Of a DNA stretch of 64,000 nucleotides, positions 1 to 11,832 are shown one piece after another. The stretch's first letter is position 1. Each line of letters starts with the position of its first letter. The position numbers were made by a program, and so were the translations under genes. A model generated the notes under the pieces. It ran no database searches. It was not told the origin of the DNA and saw only the letters and a list, made by a program, of their open reading frames with translations. Origin of the DNA: Tubiluchus corallicola (taxonomy: Eukaryota; Animalia; Priapulida); contig JAQGDQ010000057.1 of NCBI GenBank assembly GCA_030141605.1, forward strand, positions 124,001-188,000, given 5' to 3'.

Positions 1-2192
1 TTGAGGAAACTTGTAAAGGAAAATCTAGCTTTCATCCTGTTCCTGCACAGAGTTTGAAATGAAGTGAAAACAGAAAAAACTTGAAAGAAGCCATTTGCGT
101 GGATATTTCTTTCAGCATCTATTTATTGTATTGTTACGAAAAGATTTAAGCTTGTAAACCCGGTCCCAATGTTTCGTCTGTGGAGCTCATAACCGTCTGT
201 TGGTTACCAAGATACTTATACAATAGGAAATTATGTAGTATTATTTACCTAAATACTGATTCCCTTACGAAGTATAAGGAGTTGAGGTGAACTTTCAAGA
301 ATGCTGGTTTTGCTTGTAGATTCATTTACTTTCAAACATTGTTAACTGTTTATTACATTCCCTGGAATTTTGTGTAGACATAATTCTGAATAAATCTGTT
401 TTCATTCATGTCAAAGACAAAGACCTAATGAAATATTGCACGACTTGTTTGGAATTGTTCAATCTTGAAAATAAGTATTGAACTCGCCTTTTTGATACGT
501 TAAGATGACGAAAGAAGCTTAGGTTGTCACCAAAGGAGGATTTACTTTATTTGCCAACAGCACTCAGTAGTACTAGTGATTAAGAAAACAAGAAACTTGA
601 AGACAAAGAGGTGCATCTCCAGTCTAATCTCCCAGTATGTCCGATAACAATCCCCAGTCGTTTCGTACGGACACCTTCCAGCAATGGCGGCACGATTATC
701 GATTAACATTTGATCGATTAATTCTTGTAAAAAGCGAAGCCTGGTATCTGCATAAGTCGTGATTGATTGTGTCATAACGCTAGCGCGTATATATATAGAG
801 AACAAGCACGTTAATTGTATTTATAAGCAGGTAAAAAGTTATTAGAGACGTGGAAGCTGTGCCAGAATGATGCTTGATAAATGATTTATCAAGATTAATA
901 ATGGTTGACATGGCAATAAACCTTCATTTATTTAACTTTTGATTGTTGTAGGAGTTGATCGTGCTTTTATTGGCACCCGGATCCATATAGCTGTTTTCAT
1001 ACGAAACACGCGTTGATACGTCTTTATATGTTTAACACAGCTAGACGCGTTTTCACAATGTTTGTATGAATGGCTGTAAAACTCAAGCTTTTCACGACGG
1101 TTGCATTGTATAGAAAAAATATAAATTAATAAAATTGTCATCGTTGCTATCCTAAGAGCTTTGGGAATTAATCTTGTCCAATAAACACGAAGAACAGATT
1201 ATTGTTCTTTGCTTGAAACTTACTTGGAGTTTATTAATAGTGTTAAGTTCGACTCGAACTGTTGGTCGGCGGACTCATGGAAATCGAATATGTCGATTAC
1301 AAATGATATCAATCCCACCATCTTGAATTTAAGACTGCAATTCGAAAATCCGACTCTTGACAATCGATGCAGAATTCGATCTTGTATGGCAGATCAAATG
1401 TCCGACTCCGTCAGTCAGTGCGGAATTTGTTCTATGATATTCGTGTGAAATTTCATGACAATCCAAAAGGACAGCCTCAACTACAGCAGCAGCGACGACG
1501 ACAACAACAACATCTAGAAGAGTAGAAGTTTTGGTTATGCCAATGACCAAAAATTAATCGCGATTTTAATGGGTGGCTCATTAGCTGGGTCATAAAGAGC
1601 CTATCATTAGTTTGATATCGTAAGCTTTCCAACATTTTATTGTGTTAGTTTCGGTTTAGTACAGAAGTATATCAAATAGGCACGGGCGTTCAGGTTAGAT
1701 GCTTGGCTTTTACCCCATCACGAACAGTTGCCGCACTGTGACCTAGCGAATCAGTTACATGCCACTGGTGTTTGGAAAGGAACATTCAGATAGTTTCAAG
1801 TAACTTTCAATGACCTTGCATTTCGATGAAGTATGTCACTTAAATATTGAAAGTGGAATGGAAGCCAAGCAGCTGCGATCAGTGAGAAGCTGTTCCAGCG
1901 GCAGTGTAATGATGATGATGATGCTATAATTGTCTTCCTTAAAAGACGTGCGCGTGGACAAGTGACTGAGCGGCAACTCAAATGGTTATTGGCTAGTTTA
2001 CTGCATATAATTTTCAGAGGTGCGCAAAAACAAAACAAAACAACGAGAGGTGCCCCAAGAATGAAAAGGACGAAAATGAACCATTTTCATCCTATCATTA
2101 CAATCGACGCGTTGAGGATTTAGTTTACCATGTTCGTAATTATATGGAGTTTCCTGAGAAGCTCGGAATTTCCGCTACCGTTTAGGATAATA

Positions 2193-2207
2193 CAGGAAGT
2201 GACTTCC
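2193..2207. promoter_or_regulatory. Palindromic double ETS-type site upstream of stomatin
   Basis: CAGGAAGTGACTTCC: GGAAGT on both strands, about 150 bp before the ATG. Motif match only. Confidence 0.3.
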
Positions 2208-2359
2208 AGCTTCTAATATCCTTTCACTTTGTGCCATTATTGCTTGAACATTGTCCGCCAGGTAGTTTCATGATTGTAAGAGAAATAGGTGCAGTTGGAC
2301 TTCGTCTGAGAGCTGCAGTAAGTGAAGATTGGTGCGTCAGAATTAAGTAAACTCTTGTT

Positions 2360-3274
2360 ATGGCAGATGCTAAGCTGGAAGAAGTTGCCTTGGAGGAGGT
2401 TGATTTTGAGGGCAAGCAAAACGCTGAATCGCCCAAACCTGAAGAAACAGGATATTGTAATTGGGTATTGACTATAGTATCTTACTTTGTTATTATTCTG
2501 ACGTTACCATTGTCTATCTGGTTCTGTTTAAAGATGGTGCAAGAATATGAACGTGCTGTCATCTTTCGGTTAGGGCGCTTGCTGCCCGGAGGAGCTAAAG
2601 GTCCGGGACTTTTCTTTGTTGTACCATGTACGGATGAGTTTACAAAGGTTGACATTAGGACACTGTCTTTCGACGTGCCACCTCAGGAAATATTGTCAAA
2701 AGATTCTGTGACCATTGCAGTTGATGCTGTTGTTTACTATAAGATCAAGAGCCCAACAGCATCTATTGTGAATGTTAATAATGTAGACCGGTCCACTCGT
2801 CTTCTTGCACAGACGACTCTAAGAAACGTTCTCGGCACAAAAAATATGGCGGAAATATTATCTGACAGAGAGCACATTAGTGCCACTATGCAAGACATTT
2901 TGGACAAAGCTACTGACTCCTGGGGTATCATGGTCGAAAGAGTTGAGATTAAGGACGTGAGATTGCCAGTCCAACTGCAGCGTGCAATGGCTGCTGAAGC
3001 AGAAGCAGCAAGGGAAGCCAGAGCCAAGGTCATTGCGGCTGAAGGTGAACAACGTGCATCGCGAGCACTCAAAGAAGCTGCTGACGTCATCGCCTTGTCA
3101 CCCGCAGCGCTACAGCTGCGCTACCTACAGACGCTGAACACAATTGCTGGTGAGAAGAATTCCACTATTGTTTTTCCTATACCTGTGGATATGCTGTCAA
3201 TGTTCGGTAAACAGTCATCTACCGAGACTGGAAATGAGCGAGATAAATGTGACGTCATTGATAATCATCAGTAA
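2360..3274 (+). CDS. STOM: Stomatin / band-7 (SPFH) family membrane protein, 304 aa, single-exon CDS
   Basis: Uninterrupted ORF with the stomatin hallmarks: hydrophobic hairpin segment (CNWVLTIVSYFVIILTLPLSIWFC), QEYERAVIFRLGRL, GPGLFFVVPC, SPFH core (FDVPPQEILSKDSVT...DAVVYY...TRLLAQTTLRNVLG), coiled coil AAEAEAAREARAKVIAAEGE, and C-terminal ALQLRYLQTL and STIVFP. Kozak-like gttATGG; AATAAA at 3646-3651. Symbol denotes family; orthology versus mec-2-like paralogues is not resolved. Confidence 0.93.
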   Translation: MADAKLEEVALEEVDFEGKQNAESPKPEETGYCNWVLTIVSYFVIILTLPLSIWFCLKMVQEYERAVIFRLGRLLPGGAKGPGLFFVVPCTDEFTKVDIRTLSFDVPPQEILSKDSVTIAVDAVVYYKIKSPTASIVNVNNVDRSTRLLAQTTLRNVLGTKNMAEILSDREHISATMQDILDKATDSWGIMVERVEIKDVRLPVQLQRAMAAEAEAAREARAKVIAAEGEQRASRALKEAADVIALSPAALQLRYLQTLNTIAGEKNSTIVFPIPVDMLSMFGKQSSTETGNERDKCDVIDNHQ

Positions 3275-5754
3275 ACCAAGTTGTATTTGGTCTTTTTCAT
3301 AGTTTTTTTACCATATTGCCATACAATCTTTGGTTAAAAATGTCCAACTGCATAAGGAGATACTGTTTTTTACTTTACAAATTGTAGTCTGTTTTTTTCT
3401 TGCGATGCGTACGGAGTTGACAATAGTTAGTAGATGTTTATTGTTCACAAGTTCTAGTAAAATCGTTTTCTTGTAACAGGCTTTCCTACAAGGGTGCGAA
3501 AAATGTGGCAATATTAAATGTGCACACATGCCAGAAGCATTACAATCATATGATAATTCAAGCAGCTTCTGATACCATTGTTATATACAGCAGGTATTTT
3601 GTTAAAGACGAGGCTGTCAAATTTCTTCCATCCATAATGACATGCAATAAAAGTTACAACAATTACATCTTTTTAGGATTTATTGTTGTAATTTTTATTG
3701 CAATTTAACATTGAGGGAACACAACGAGATCGAGGATACAACGAGAATTTTCTAATTAGTAAGTTAACTACGAGCATAGAAATAATGATCGTGGCCATTT
3801 TTAGGCACTATCTGTGAAATCAAAGATACCGTTACTATAACAACGTTATTTAGAGTACGAGGAAACCCAAATTAAAACTGCAATCCTTTTAGGCATTATT
3901 CTTTTGACGTTTTAGATATTTATAATGGCAATATAGGTGCTTATACTGCGGATTACTGTTATAATTTTACAGACTTTTATGGCATCATGATTTAATTTTT
4001 TGTCATAATAACTGTAGTTTTTTGATTTTGGTATTTTGCTCAAATCGCTGACCTTTTTGTTCATCATATTCATAAAATCATATTCATAAAAGATTATGGC
4101 TGTATGAGAAATTGACTTTTATTCTTTCACGTGATAATGTCACACTATAATGCAAAGATCAACCCCCCCCACCCCCCCACCCCCATCACACTATAAAATG
4201 CAAAGATTATCCTCACTTCTTCTGAGGCAAAATTAACTAACCGTGGTTAATTTACAAGAAAAAAATAGTTTGCAATTTGTTAACTTCTTCTTTGGAGCTG
4301 TGCTGCTTTTTTATTGACTAGACTTTCCTTGTTTTGGTGATTTGTGCTAATATCTAAGCGCACTTATGTTACGAAGGAAGCTCTACGAGTGCTGAAAATC
4401 GCGAGAGCATTTCTTCTAGAGTTATTGAGTTGTTTCAACAACACAGTCAGGTGTATTAATTACGGTGTGTGGAAATGTGCATGTTCACCTTGGCATATAC
4501 GCACTCTCAGTGCAGGTAGACACATTAGCTTGAAAACATGGCAGGAAAACATGGAAGCTCTATACATGCGAAGTGAACGTGAAAGGGGCATTTCCATTCA
4601 GTGGAGAATACAATAGAAGCTCAGTTGACTTTCATTTCAAGTCACGTAATCGAATTACCCTACATGTCAAAACAGTGCCTAAATTTTATTATGATTAACA
4701 GTTAGTCATATAAACATGCGACTATCACATTTGCAAGGTGGCGTAGATAAAGGCCACTTCCATCACCCTCACAGATCATTGTTATCAGCTGCTGGACCTA
4801 GTCGCTCTACTCAGTCTACTGCTTACTACTGTAAGTGTTAATTCACAAATTTATATTGCTGCTAGTCGGCATGTCACTTAGCATGTCGGGTTTATTTTAT
4901 TAGCCGCTGTTCACTTAAAAATGATGACGTAAGTGATGACGTACTGATGGACTTCGTGTTTCCGTGCAAAAATATAAAACGTATTTAAAAACTTAAACAC
5001 TATTTTAGACCAAGTGTTTAAAGTGATTTTTCTAATTGGACAAGGTGTTTATCGCACTTCTAACATTTTCCGAAGATTCCGCATATAACTTCCCAGAATG
5101 CTTGACCTTTCCTATAAAGATCAAGATTCTTTAAACAAGATAACATATGATATTGTCTCGGCTGACTGCTGTATCAATTTCTGTGCACCTAGCTAGAGGC
5201 ATAGTAAGTATTAACACGGGTTATTTGCTCACTGGTAATTTACCTGATAATATTACCAATGCAAATTTGGCTTGCCATTTACCTGTTGATTATACGCGTC
5301 ACCTGTGTTCAGAAAACATTGTCTGATAAAATTTCGAGAGTATAGACGACATCCGAGATAAACAAACAAAAATGTTGTATTGAGGAGGTGCAGCTAGGGT
5401 GTAGTAATGCATTTGCTATGGTGCCTAGAACATTAAGGTGGCCGGTTAAATTATTCTGCACTAAGGTTATTAAAATTAAGGAAACCCTAATGAAAAAACG
5501 CAGTAAAATTCATTGATGCCATGGAGCAAACATTTCGCTTTGACAATTCTTTGGGTCAGAACTGGAAATGTACCTGCGGATTCTGGTCTAATACCTGTTG
5601 AGTAAATAGTATTTTAAGTCAGGTTGAATCTCAACATCTGGTTGGATCCCAAAAGGTCATAATCCGGTGCTGACGATAAGCCTACCATTATCCACGTACG
5701 GTATGAGAAATCACCATTGTGGTGCGCCCCTTTCAAAGCTAGGCTATTGAAAAT

Positions 5755-5792
5755 ATTATTATTGTTGTTGCTTTTGTTGTTGTTGTTGTCGT

Positions 5793-5825
<33 letters not shown>

Positions 5826-5920
5826 CGCTGCCGCTGTTGCTGTTGCTGTTGTTGTTGTTGTTGTTGTTATTATTATTATTATTATTATTAAATAGCTCGA
5901 ATAATAATAATAATAATATT
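5755..5920. repeat. Compound microsatellite (TTG/TCG/CTG, TTA, ATA)
   Basis: Directly visible; produces spurious poly-L and poly-N ORFs. Confidence 0.95.
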
Positions 5921-6351
5921 ACTAATTTCAAACTTGAAGTATATTATTTAAATAGCAATTTCAATCTAAGCGTCTCATGCCATTGATTAGATCAGCAATT
6001 GCAAAAGTAGACGACCACTGCACCACGAAATTTATATGCAGTTTCCAAAATTTCTTTTTCAATCGATAAGTTGTTATCCTGAAATATTGAGACAATCTCC
6101 TTGTTTTTTCCTTGTTTTGGTGAAAATAGCACAAGGTGACCTCTAGGACAAATCATTTTATTACTAGAATGCTACAATTTGAAGTATTCGTCAGGATACT
6201 AGTTTGCTCATTAGAGACTAATCTTAGACCGCGAGCTCGACGGTCTATATAATAAATAGGAATTTGAATTTTTAACGTCTTATTTCTGTTTGTTTACGTT
6301 TAATAAGCTGTTGATCCTAAAATAAAATCAATTAATTGACTGCCTTATCAA

Positions 6352-6547
6352 GTTGCCTCATGAAGCTAAATATGCATGTTTTTTGTCATTTATTTAACTG
6401 CCTCGTGAAGCTAAACATGCATGTTTTTCGTCAATTAATTAACCTAAACATGCATATTTTTCGTCAATTAATCAACTGCCTCATGAAGCTAAGTATGCAT
6501 GTTTTTCGTCAATTAATCAACTACCTCATGAAGCTAAATATGCATGT
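6352..6547. repeat. 45-bp minisatellite, about 4.5 units, one internally deleted
   Basis: Unit AACTGCCTCATGAAGCTAAATATGCATGTTTTTCGTCAATTAATC repeats; explains the 15-aa repeat in ORF 6336..6710. Confidence 0.9.
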
Positions 6548-6709
6548 CTGCTTTACTGAAACTTTGGAGTCTCCCAGACTTCGCGATCTACATTCAACCT
6601 GTCCCACACCCTCTGACCCTCAACTCACTCAAATGAGAATAATAGGCCTACATGTCCTAGCAAAACTACCTCATACTGGCGCTGTCTTAATTATGTTCTG
6701 CAGTCGTTG

Positions 6710-6780
6710 ATCATCATCATCGCCGTTATCGCCAACACTGTCGTCGTCATCGTCATCATCATCATCATCATCATCATCGT
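6710..6780. repeat. (CAT/CGT)n microsatellite
   Basis: Directly visible. Confidence 0.9.
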
Positions 6781-6803
6781 GTCTCTACAGTAAAAAACAA
6801 CAA

Positions 6804-7036
6804 AAAAGGAGAGGGAACAATATTTCGAACTACCATTGTAGTTCTTGAGGTGAACACAAAAAGACAAAAAAGAGAAAGAAATATAATTTAATGCGATACA
6901 CTTTTGTGTTACAATAATAGAAACAAAAAACTCCATAACAGTTGGTTTAACTGTTTAGTAATTGTGGCCTGACTTTTATATTAACCTGAAAAAGAACTAC
7001 AGTGGTAGTTCGAAACGTTATACCCTTTACTTCTTT
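6804..7036. mobile_element. Inverted pair of hammerhead-like motifs, probable Penelope-like element remnant
   Basis: Arms 6804-6851 and 6984-7036 are imperfect reverse complements. The right arm reads CTGAAAAA-GAACTAC-agtg-GTAGTTC-GAAACGTT. Confidence 0.5.
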
Positions 7037-7431
7037 ATTTGAAGCTGCCATTGCTGTGATTGCAAGTCACTTTTGATGTGATGTTGTTCTGACTTAACTA
7101 CCACATTGGCGTCTGCGTTACCTATCAAATTAGAAGACATACGAATGATGTTCCATTTTGGTTTTCTGAGGTAATAAGAGCCTGTCTATTTCTTTGGAAA
7201 TTCGAGTCCAGCTACAGCATAATGGCGCCATGATTTTCCCACACCTGAACTAATCGCTAATGGAGCTTTGCTTCTGAGACGCTCTGATCGTTTAGAAATT
7301 CACAGAACAGCAGTTTCGGATATTTAGACATATAAACTCGTCTTACGACGCCATGGAAAACAACAGAATAGACTTGATTCTATAGGTCCATTGATCAAAG
7401 ATCATGCGACTAATTGTAAGAGAGATCACAG

Positions 7432-7556
7432 ATACACACAGTTTACAGTTAGAATCATCATCGGTTCACTGTATTGTGTTTTCTATTAATTACGTGATAA
7501 TAATTATACACACAGTTTACAGTTAGAATCATCATCGGTTCACTGTATTGTGTTTT
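7432..7556. repeat. 51-bp direct duplication, 74-bp spacing
   Basis: ATACACACAGTTTACAGTTAGAATCATCATCGGTTCACTGTATTGTGTTTT at 7432 and 7506. Confidence 0.9.
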
Positions 7557-7661
7557 GTAGTCATATAACGTTGATATAACACGTTTCAGCACGCTAGGTT
7601 TCTAGGGAGAGAAAAACAAGATAAGAAAAACAAAAAATGTAATGCGCTATTTTGCTTAGAG

Positions 7662-7698
7662 AGGAGAGAGAACGAGCGAGCGAGAGAGAGAAAGAGGG

Positions 7699-7795
<97 letters not shown>

Positions 7796-7798
7796 GAG
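7662..7798. repeat. (GA)n microsatellite
   Basis: Directly visible. Confidence 0.97.
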
Positions 7799-8000
7799 GA
7801 ATGCGTGCGCGTGGGTGTGAATCGCCTATAAATTTTAAATGAAATGATTAAGCGTCAGGCAGACAGTGAACAAGAACATGGAAATACATGAATATTAAAT
7901 CAGATAATTGATGATGTAATTAATTACTGCTCAAGAAAGGTGAAACTGATACAATCAGTGAAACTGAGACAATTCAGGCAGGTGACTAGCACAAATGAGA

Positions 8001-8139
8001 GCATGGGAAATCTTGTGACCAGCACGTCCAAGGTTTGCAAACATGGGAAATCTGGCGACCAGTACGTCCAAAGATTGCAAATATAGGAAATCTTGTGACC
8101 AGCACGCACAACGTTAGCAAACACGGGAAATCTTTTGAC
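8001..8139. repeat. 40-bp degenerate minisatellite, about 3.5 units
   Basis: GGAAATCT..GACCAGYACG..CAA...TGCAAA recurs at 8001, 8041, 8081 and 8121. Confidence 0.85.
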
Positions 8140-10139
8140 ATGTTTTTTATCGGTGACAAAATTTCAGCTACTTTAGACGATTAGTTTAATATTTTTGATA
8201 ATGGCTTCTGAGAATTTTCATGCAGTGCAATTCATGCCTATTTTATTGTTCGTTAATTTGTAATTAGATTTACTTGCATATCCTGCTTTAAATTATAAAA
8301 ATTTAACGTAGTACGATACATAAAAACACTCATTATATAAATTGGTGTCTTCGATACGTATATTATAATGTTGAACCCTTGAATTCCTAGGTTCCGAAGC
8401 GAAATTTCAGAATTCAGAATTACTTTGTTTAAAGGACTCTCTTAAGCCCGTGTGTCTCTCTTCCTGTCTGAATACATAAATCTGCTGCAATGGTTTATGT
8501 ACGTCATGCAGGACTGCTCAATGCCTGTGTTTTATGAGACAGTAAAATGTTTTAAAAGTCGTAAAAGAAAATCAGTTGCTTTTAGTCGCTGAAGATCCTT
8601 TCTTAGAATCAAGAGGCTTTGTCCATTGTGAAATCGCGTACTATTGCATCAATTATGTAATAGAATGATTTATACCCGTAACCATACTGGAAGCATTTCA
8701 GAAATTCAGAAACGGTTCGAAACTACTAATATCAGATGTACTATACGGTGAGAATTTTTAAAGGCAAAAATGTGCTTGTGCAGCAAACTTGCTTCATTGA
8801 ATTTCATTTGAAAAATGAGCAATAAAAGTCTCAACATTGTTGTTTATCGCGGTTCTAATGTTTCCAGACTGCGTTTGTACATACGCATCTGTTTTACGTC
8901 TGCACGTGAATAGGAAATTTTGAAGCACACGCTGTTGATTTTATTGTAGCTTGTTTCCTTATTACAGTAATTTCTGCAACTGTTTCGAGTGTTGTGAGCT
9001 TCCGTTTCACCGTCTGTGTTCAGTATTAACACTTTCACAAAGCAATGCGGGAAATCTTGATGATTAGCTTGCGTTTGATAGGCATTTCAAAACATTTAAC
9101 ATTTTTAACACGAAGCCTATGTAACAGAAAGATTAAACACTAGCTCTAAGGCACAGGAAGTAAAGCTTTAAGTGATTTCGTACCGATACGTCCGAAACGG
9201 TCCATCGCAAGCTTGCCCTTCGAATAAGCAGTAGCTTGGTCAGCCTGTTTTAGCAAAAGCTTCTTTTACTAAACCTGTTCTAAGAAGTCATGAGAGGATA
9301 TCAGGAATTAGGAAGGAAGCAGATACAGTAGATACAGTAAGCAAATGTAAACTGATCTAATGCTATCAAGACATCTTGAGAAATCTCTGAAACTTCTCTT
9401 TCTCTTGCCACAAAACCTTGGAAACGTTTTCCATGTTCTATAGACAACGAAACATCAAGATTCAACGTCTTTGTTTATTGTGAAACGCCACTGGTTGACT
9501 TCAATTTTACAACCTCGTCTGACAAACAGATAGAAAAGCAGAAAAACATTGCAAGCAGACCTTTTTTGTTTCACGCTTAGATCTAAGTCCAAATATTCAC
9601 GAAGATGAAAAGGAAACCCGGCCTTTAAGAACGGTGATAGTACGACCAATATCTGGAGTAAACTGAAATATCACAATCGCGTCATAACTGTCAGCCAATT
9701 GAAGCTAGATAAATTTCATAACACTTTTTTAAATATTTTCCAAAGCTACTGGATAATGCTTTCCACTTGAAGGGCCTATTTGCGAGTGTGGCGTACTGTT
9801 CAACCAAAATCACAAATAGAAATATCGAGTAGCACGTAACCACAAGCCGAAATCCCGCAAATAAGTCAGATGGTACTAATGCGGCAGGACAGGAACCTTT
9901 TTACCGAGGATTATATTCTGAGAAAAGAGGCATCTCAGCCACGTTCGGGTGTGTTTGTATGCTCCCTAAACGAGACGGTGTATTCTGACTAATAAAATAG
10001 AATTTATTTTGACATATGCTTAGACTACCTGAAGATAGCTCTTCAACAAGCAACAGAACCAGACAGAAAACAGCAGGACAAATGTTAACATATTTAGATT
10101 TTGCAAAGAATGCCGTTCTCAAGACTTTAAGCCAATATT

Positions 10140-10254
10140 AAACATCAAAATAACATTTTGAAACATCAAAATAACATTTTGAAAGGTAAGGTTTCAGAAA
10201 TCCATGATTGTGTTCCACAAGGTAAGGTTTCAGAAATCCATGATTGTGTTCCAC
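10140..10254. repeat. Two abutting perfect tandem duplications (21 bp x2, then 36 bp x2)
   Basis: AAACATCAAAATAACATTTTG x2 (10140-10181) followed by AAGGTAAGGTTTCAGAAATCCATGATTGTGTTCCAC x2 (10183-10254). Confidence 0.92.
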
Positions 10255-10514
10255 ACTGTATGTAGCTTTCTGCACTGCCTGCGCGAGTTCTTATTTTAAA
10301 GTGTTTCTCAGCTAATGTTATTAAAAATCTGTAGCACGTACAAAATTTACACCGCAGAAGAAAATTATTGTAAAGTGTCGAGCCTCACTAGAAAGTGTGT
10401 AGGTTGTAGGCGCATTTGGGTTTTTATCTAGGCCTATGTAATATTTCTGTGTGATTTTTCTTTTCTGTGTTCACTATTTACTTTATTACATGTTCTTTCT
10501 TATTCCCCCTTCTC

Positions 10515-10560
10515 TACTCTCTCCCTTGCTGTCCCTCATCCCTAGCCCTTCCGTATCTCT

Positions 10561-10598
<38 letters not shown>

Positions 10599-10632
10599 TG
10601 CTGTCCCTCATCCCTAGCCCTTCCGTATCTCT

Positions 10633-10695
<63 letters not shown>

Positions 10696-10725
10696 TCCCT
10701 CTCTCTCTCCCTCTCTTTCTCTTTC
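10515..10725. repeat. (CT)n tract with a 72-bp-period duplication
   Basis: CTCTCCCTTGCTGTCCCTCATCCCTAGCCCTTCCGTATCTCTCCCA occurs twice, each followed by (CT)n. Confidence 0.92.
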
Positions 10726-11246
10726 GTTTATAAACACCAAAGTGTTTTGCATTTCCATCTCTTAATATGACCTTCACGCGTCTGTCAAGCTAACACTATT
10801 TAAATGAGGAATCTAAACTACATTGGACTTGCCTAGAGAAATAACATGTCAGGATATTATTATCGTAATGTGGAGGCTTTTCTGTTATCCGAAATTTTCT
10901 TTGGAGAGTTTTCAAAATGATTATCTCCAGCATATCATCAGATTTTAGACTGGAAAGTGCAAAAGATGAAAGTTATGGCAAGTTCAACGTGTTTTGCTTA
11001 AATATCAGCCATTAAAACTTGTAGTTTATGGATTAGTTAAATATAGATAATATTAAGTGAAATTTTTAAATTAAATTTGACCAAAATAAAATAGATTTTT
11101 CTGACAATCATAATTATTTTTTCACATCTTAAAATTGATACCCCTTAAGAGTATATAAAATTGAACCGTTTTATTCGTACAAATGAAGGTCGATCTTTGC
11201 GATCTGATGTCACACGCCAGAACCACTAGGTATGTGGTCAACTTGT

Positions 11247-11303
11247 GAGTGAGCTAGTGAGTGAGTGAGTGAGTGAATGAGTGAGTGAGTGAGTGAGAGT
11301 GAG
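11247..11303. repeat. (GAGT)n microsatellite
   Basis: Directly visible. Confidence 0.85.
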
Positions 11304-11475
11304 AAGTAAAGTAAAGTAAATAAGTAAGTATACAATTATTAATTTTCACAGTTATCGAATGATCCAATTATTAGTTAATTATCAACAGTCGCATAAATAT
11401 ATGCAAGGCAGTTCTTATGAATTCTAGAAGCCATCAGAGCTCAAACTAACAAAAACTACCGCTGCCATCACGTAT

Positions 11476-11665
11476 ACTTGCATTTACACAATGAAGGAAG
11501 TTATAGTTTTCTATCTGAGTAAGCAAAGCACTGCGTATCTACTGTTCATGGATGCTTCCAGAAAATGTAATATCTGCTAAGCGTACCGGAAATTACATTC
11601 TCTGATGATGCTTGGAAGGCATTTGACTTAGTGAATTATCATAAACTGTTCTTTAAATTACTACA
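11476..11665 (+). mobile_element. Decayed non-LTR retrotransposon RT fragment (D-x-S-KAFD region), interrupted by a 56-bp insert
   Basis: Hand translation gives TCIYTMKEVIVFYLSKQSTAYLLFMDAS / DAWKAFDLVNYHKLFFKLL, matching the LINE RT motif 'FLDASKAFDxVNHxKLF'. Confidence 0.75.
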
Positions 11666-11832
11666 AACTTATGATACCTGATAACCGTTTAATTCTGTAT
11701 TATAAAACTGTAGTTGGATCAGTTGTGGTATGCACCTGCCAGGTTTTCTATAGTAAACTTACAGTGGAAGACCCATGCTGAATAAAAAAGGTACAGTCTC
11801 GTGCTCTATTAATTATTAATAGTAACTTAACT

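Noticed and set aside
2737-3090. Antisense ORFs within stomatin
   Set aside because: Shadow ORFs of the coding strand.
5614-5986. Poly-N/poly-L ORFs (likewise ER/SL, poly-I and poly-M ORFs at 10451-10777, 36485-36959, 52480-52848, 59340-60418)
   Set aside because: Translations of microsatellites; no coding evidence.
6336-6710. 124-aa ORF with 15-aa repeats
   Set aside because: Explained by the 45-bp minisatellite, whose unit length is a multiple of 3.
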